A DNA stretch of 40,961 nt from Patescibacteria group bacterium (lineage in GTDB: Bacteria > Patescibacteriota > Gracilibacteria > UBA1369 > UM-FILTER-53-11): assembly GCA_038062615.1 (NCBI GenBank), contig JBBTWV010000066.1, forward strand, positions 1-40,961, in the 5' to 3' direction. Shown here piece after piece: positions 37,920 to 40,961 of this stretch (positions are counted from its first letter, which is position 1; each line of letters opens with the position of its first letter). A model generated the notes under the pieces. The model searched no databases. It was given only the letters and a program-made list of their open reading frames with translations, and was not told the origin of the DNA. The position numbers and the translations under genes were made by a program.

Positions 37920-39014
37920 CTAAACATTAAACCTAAAATGCACCACGTCGCCGTTTTTCATAACATATTCCTTTCCTTCCACTCGCATTTTTCCTTTTTC
38001 CCTAGCACCTTGTTCTCCTCCGCAAGAAACATAATCATCAAAACTGATCACTTCCGCGGCAATAAATCCTTTTTCAAAATCCGTATGAATCACCCCTGCT
38101 GCTTGCGGAGCCGTGGCTCCCTGCACCGTGGTCCAAGCGCGAACTTCTTTTGGTCCGGCGGTAAAAAATGTGAGATACCCAAGCGTGTGGTAAGCCGCAT
38201 GAATAAGCGCATAAAGCCCTGGCTCCTTAAGTCCTAAATCATCCAAAAAAGCCTTGGCTTCTTCATCCGAAAGTTGCGCTAACTCTTCTTCAATCTTGGC
38301 CGAAATGGGAATCACATGCTCCGCATTTTTAATGCCGAGCTGCGGAGCCAACGCCATTTTATCTACTTTTTTAATTTCATCCTCATGCACATTCGCAATG
38401 TACAAAAATGGCTTGTTGGTAAGCAGATGCAAATCTTTTAAAGAATCCTTTTCTTCTGCCGTTACCGCAAAATCAAACGCTTTTTTACCGGAAGCCAAAT
38501 GATCCCTCAATTTTGCCAGCAGTATGGCATACGCCGCTGCTTTTTGATTTCCCGATTTGGTCTCCGCTTTGGCTTTGTCTAAGCGCTTTCCCAGCGTATC
38601 TAAATCCGCCAAGATGAGTTCGGCTTCAATAATTTCAATGTCGCGCTTGGGCAGAACATCACCATGCACGTGAATCACATTGGGATCGTTAAACACACGC
38701 ACTACCTCCGCAATGGCGTTACATTCACGGATATTCGCCAAAAATTTATTGCCGAGCCCCTCGCCCTTGCTGGCGCCTTTTACCAAACCCGCAATATCCA
38801 CAAACTCCACCGTAGCTGGCAATACTTTTGCAGGATTCACCATTTGCGCGAGCTTTTTGAGCCGCTCATCGGGTACCTCAACAATGCCTACGTTGGGGTC
38901 AATCGTACAAAAAGGATAGTTGGCCACATTGGCCTTGCGCGTGCGCGTAAGGGCGTTAAACAGAGTTGATTTGCCAACATTCGGAAGTCCTACAATGCCA
39001 ATTTGAAGCGCCAT
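37920..39014 (-). CDS. ychF: Ribosome-binding ATPase YchF
   Basis: 'GIVGLPNVGKSTLFNALT', 'NYPFCTIDPN', 'DIAGLVKGASKGEGLGNKFL', 'APQAAGVIHTDFEKGFI.AEV', 'FRFNV'. Confidence 0.98.
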   Translation of the reverse strand: MALQIGIVGLPNVGKSTLFNALTRTRKANVANYPFCTIDPNVGIVEVPDERLKKLAQMVNPAKVLPATVEFVDIAGLVKGASKGEGLGNKFLANIRECNAIAEVVRVFNDPNVIHVHGDVLPKRDIEIIEAELILADLDTLGKRLDKAKAETKSGNQKAAAYAILLAKLRDHLASGKKAFDFAVTAEEKDSLKDLHLLTNKPFLYIANVHEDEIKKVDKMALAPQLGIKNAEHVIPISAKIEEELAQLSDEEAKAFLDDLGLKEPGLYALIHAAYHTLGYLTFFTAGPKEVRAWTTVQGATAPQAAGVIHTDFEKGFIAAEVISFDDYVSCGGEQGAREKGKMRVEGKEYVMKNGDVVHFRFNV

Positions 39015-39021
39015 AGAAAAA

Positions 39022-39056
39022 AATCAGGAAGCAAGAATCATGAATCAGGGAGCAAG
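39022..39056 (-). repeat. Heptamer tandem repeat upstream of ychF
   Basis: Plus strand AATCAGG AAGCAAG AATCATG AATCAGG GAGCAAG; reverse complement of the array type at 34743. Confidence 0.6.
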
Positions 39057-39119
39057 ATACAGCAAAAAAGCATCGGCGCGAAGAACAATCCGCGCCAAGT
39101 ATAAGCGCTGAAAGAAGCT

Positions 39120-40175
39120 TTAAGATTCAGGAAGAGTCCATTGAATACCCCGAAGTTTTGCCAGGTAGTTATGAGTCATCGCCATATGAATGGTCGGCGT
39201 AACGTTTTTTGAATCCATCTTTGTCACAATAATGTGCTGGGCAATAAGTGCCGCTAAAATTTCATAAGCTTTATCCAGTGATACACGAGTGACTCGGCAT
39301 TGTTCTTGATCAGCTTCGCCATATTCAGACATCGGCACCAAAGCGGTAGCCGGTGCTTCATTTGTTGCCGGAACATATTGTCCTTCAGAACCGTACATAA
39401 CAGCACTGCGGGTCGGTAACAAATCTACGGCAAGATTTTTGATATCCAGAGCAAAGAGAGCAGCACGCAACATTCCCAAAAATGCTTGGCGTACCTCCGG
39501 AGGTTCAACTGCTTCACGAATACCGTCAATACGGGCCATTTCACCCTGCATAAAAAGTTCACTATTTATCTGATTCTTTGCCATAATGGCACTCACAATG
39601 CCCATCATCGTAGGATTAATTTCACTCATAACAGAGCTTACTGCTGCCCGCGTCATAGCGTGCAGACCTGTACCAAACTCCTTCAACTCACCAGCAATAT
39701 CTTCAGCAGATCCTTTCGAAGCGTCAGCGGTATACATAAATGGATACCAACGGTTTTCAGGGGTTGGGAACATTGAAAAACTCACAGCACGCCTTTGCTT
39801 CTGGACCAGCGCCATTACTTCATCATGAGGGAGCCTCTTCCATGCAGTTCCAGTTATCAACTGGCCAAAATCTTGCCAAAAAGCACTAACATCCCCGGAT
39901 GCTCTTGCTCTACGCGCAAAGTTGGGAACAATACGGCTTGGTGGCACAAACGTCCAACCATCATTAGCAGAAACTGACCCAGATAATACATGGGGAGGTA
40001 AATCTTCTGTCATTGATGGATATGACAAACTGCCTAAGCTGACAGTCCTTACAAGCGCCTCAACCACTTCAGGGTCAGGAATACCTCGTCCTGTAGCTCC
40101 ATCCATAGAGCTATATGCTTTTCCGGCTTCTTCACTTACCGTTTCATGTTTTTTAAAGCTAAACATAGATGCCAT
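39120..40175 (-). CDS. Hypothetical protein (351 aa)
   Basis: Long ORF co-oriented between aroD and ychF; no recognisable motif. Confidence 0.7.
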   Translation of the reverse strand: MASMFSFKKHETVSEEAGKAYSSMDGATGRGIPDPEVVEALVRTVSLGSLSYPSMTEDLPPHVLSGSVSANDGWTFVPPSRIVPNFARRARASGDVSAFWQDFGQLITGTAWKRLPHDEVMALVQKQRRAVSFSMFPTPENRWYPFMYTADASKGSAEDIAGELKEFGTGLHAMTRAAVSSVMSEINPTMMGIVSAIMAKNQINSELFMQGEMARIDGIREAVEPPEVRQAFLGMLRAALFALDIKNLAVDLLPTRSAVMYGSEGQYVPATNEAPATALVPMSEYGEADQEQCRVTRVSLDKAYEILAALIAQHIIVTKMDSKNVTPTIHMAMTHNYLAKLRGIQWTLPES

Positions 40176-40191
40176 TTATAGCATAAATAAA

Positions 40192-40881
40192 TTAAATGTC
40201 AAGAAAATTGACCATCTCTGCCAAATTCCACTGTCCGGGAGCCGTTTTTTGTGCATCAGAAAGTGCCACATAGGTAAGGTAGGAACCCAAGAGAGGGCAA
40301 CCCATGCGCGAAACCTTCCCCTTTTCACCCATCCCTACTACGATCATTTTTATTTTTTGCGTGGACGCGCGGCGGGTAAGCTCAAAAAGTGTCACGTTAT
40401 CTTCCCAGTGGTTCACGGTAACGGCTATTTTGATGATATCAGCACCCATTTTTTGCGCTTTTTTGACCCATTCAATGAGCTCCAAAAGCGGGAGCATTTT
40501 GCCCCAAAAATGCTGAGAAATAATAATGGAGGCACCCATCTTTTGAGTGACTTTTTTGATCTCCTCTATATAACGAGGATGAGTTTGCATGCCCAAATCA
40601 ACAAACCGAGAACCAGCGATAATGCCTTCTTTAAGCCTTAAAACCCTCTCCTGTTCGGTTCCTTTAAATGAGCCTTTTTCAATGGGACCTCGGCAAACGA
40701 CAATCACTGGCCGCTTCACTCTCCTAATAAAATCTCCAAGCCCTGCCATATCATCCAGCCAAACTTCAAAAAGTAGCTCATGGCCGGCATCTTCTAATTT
40801 TGATGCCTTTTTGAGCCCTTCCTGAGCCGCTTTTATGGCTTTCTTGAGGCTTTTTTGACGGATGGGGATACAAATTCTCAT
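40192..40881 (-). CDS. aroD: Type I 3-dehydroquinate dehydratase
   Basis: 'E..LD', 'I..CR...EKG', 'IISQH', 'ADIIKIA' (Schiff-base Lys), 'MGEKGK.SR', 'APGQ'. Confidence 0.88.
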   Translation of the reverse strand: MRICIPIRQKSLKKAIKAAQEGLKKASKLEDAGHELLFEVWLDDMAGLGDFIRRVKRPVIVVCRGPIEKGSFKGTEQERVLRLKEGIIAGSRFVDLGMQTHPRYIEEIKKVTQKMGASIIISQHFWGKMLPLLELIEWVKKAQKMGADIIKIAVTVNHWEDNVTLFELTRRASTQKIKMIVVGMGEKGKVSRMGCPLLGSYLTYVALSDAQKTAPGQWNLAEMVNFLDI

Positions 40882-40961
40882 CTGTTGTACTATAGCCTTA
40901 AAGATTCCCTCCCGTGAGTCTTGACTTTATTTGGATATTATGATACTGTATGGATCTCTTA

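Overview
Chromosomal window from a bacterium using genetic code 11. Gene content suggests Patescibacteria/CPR, probably Peregrinibacteria-like (inference): a membrane-anchored baseplate-J-like protein, SLH/CARDB surface proteins, sortase, a tRNA-abutting LAGLIDADG-like gene, and few visible Shine-Dalgarno sites. Housekeeping genes are dnaX, ligA, mnmA, ychF, aroD, an HI0933/BaiN flavoprotein, lemA with DUF3137, a GT4 glycosyltransferase and two tRNA-Val genes, interspersed with large surface proteins. Main observations: (1) a five-gene operon at 25.3-32.5 kb with an SLT+M23 double peptidoglycan hydrolase, a degenerate-M23 protein and a tandem-repeat protein, linked by a shared N-terminal ARLV[FW] motif and a shared unrecognised C-terminal domain; (2) a long RelA/SpoT homologue with about four C-terminal transmembrane helices; (3) several families of short palindromic elements with tandem GA mismatches, some inserted in frame in coding regions (HI0933, comF, ligA, mnmA); (4) three dispersed paralogues of a small helical protein; (5) an HTH-LAGLIDADG-like gene whose stop codon lies inside tRNA-Val, next to a duplicated tRNA 5' fragment; (6) comF split at a T_TTA_AAT heptamer; (7) an apparently catalytically dead orphan HisA. 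All family calls come from motif recognition by eye; no searches were run.
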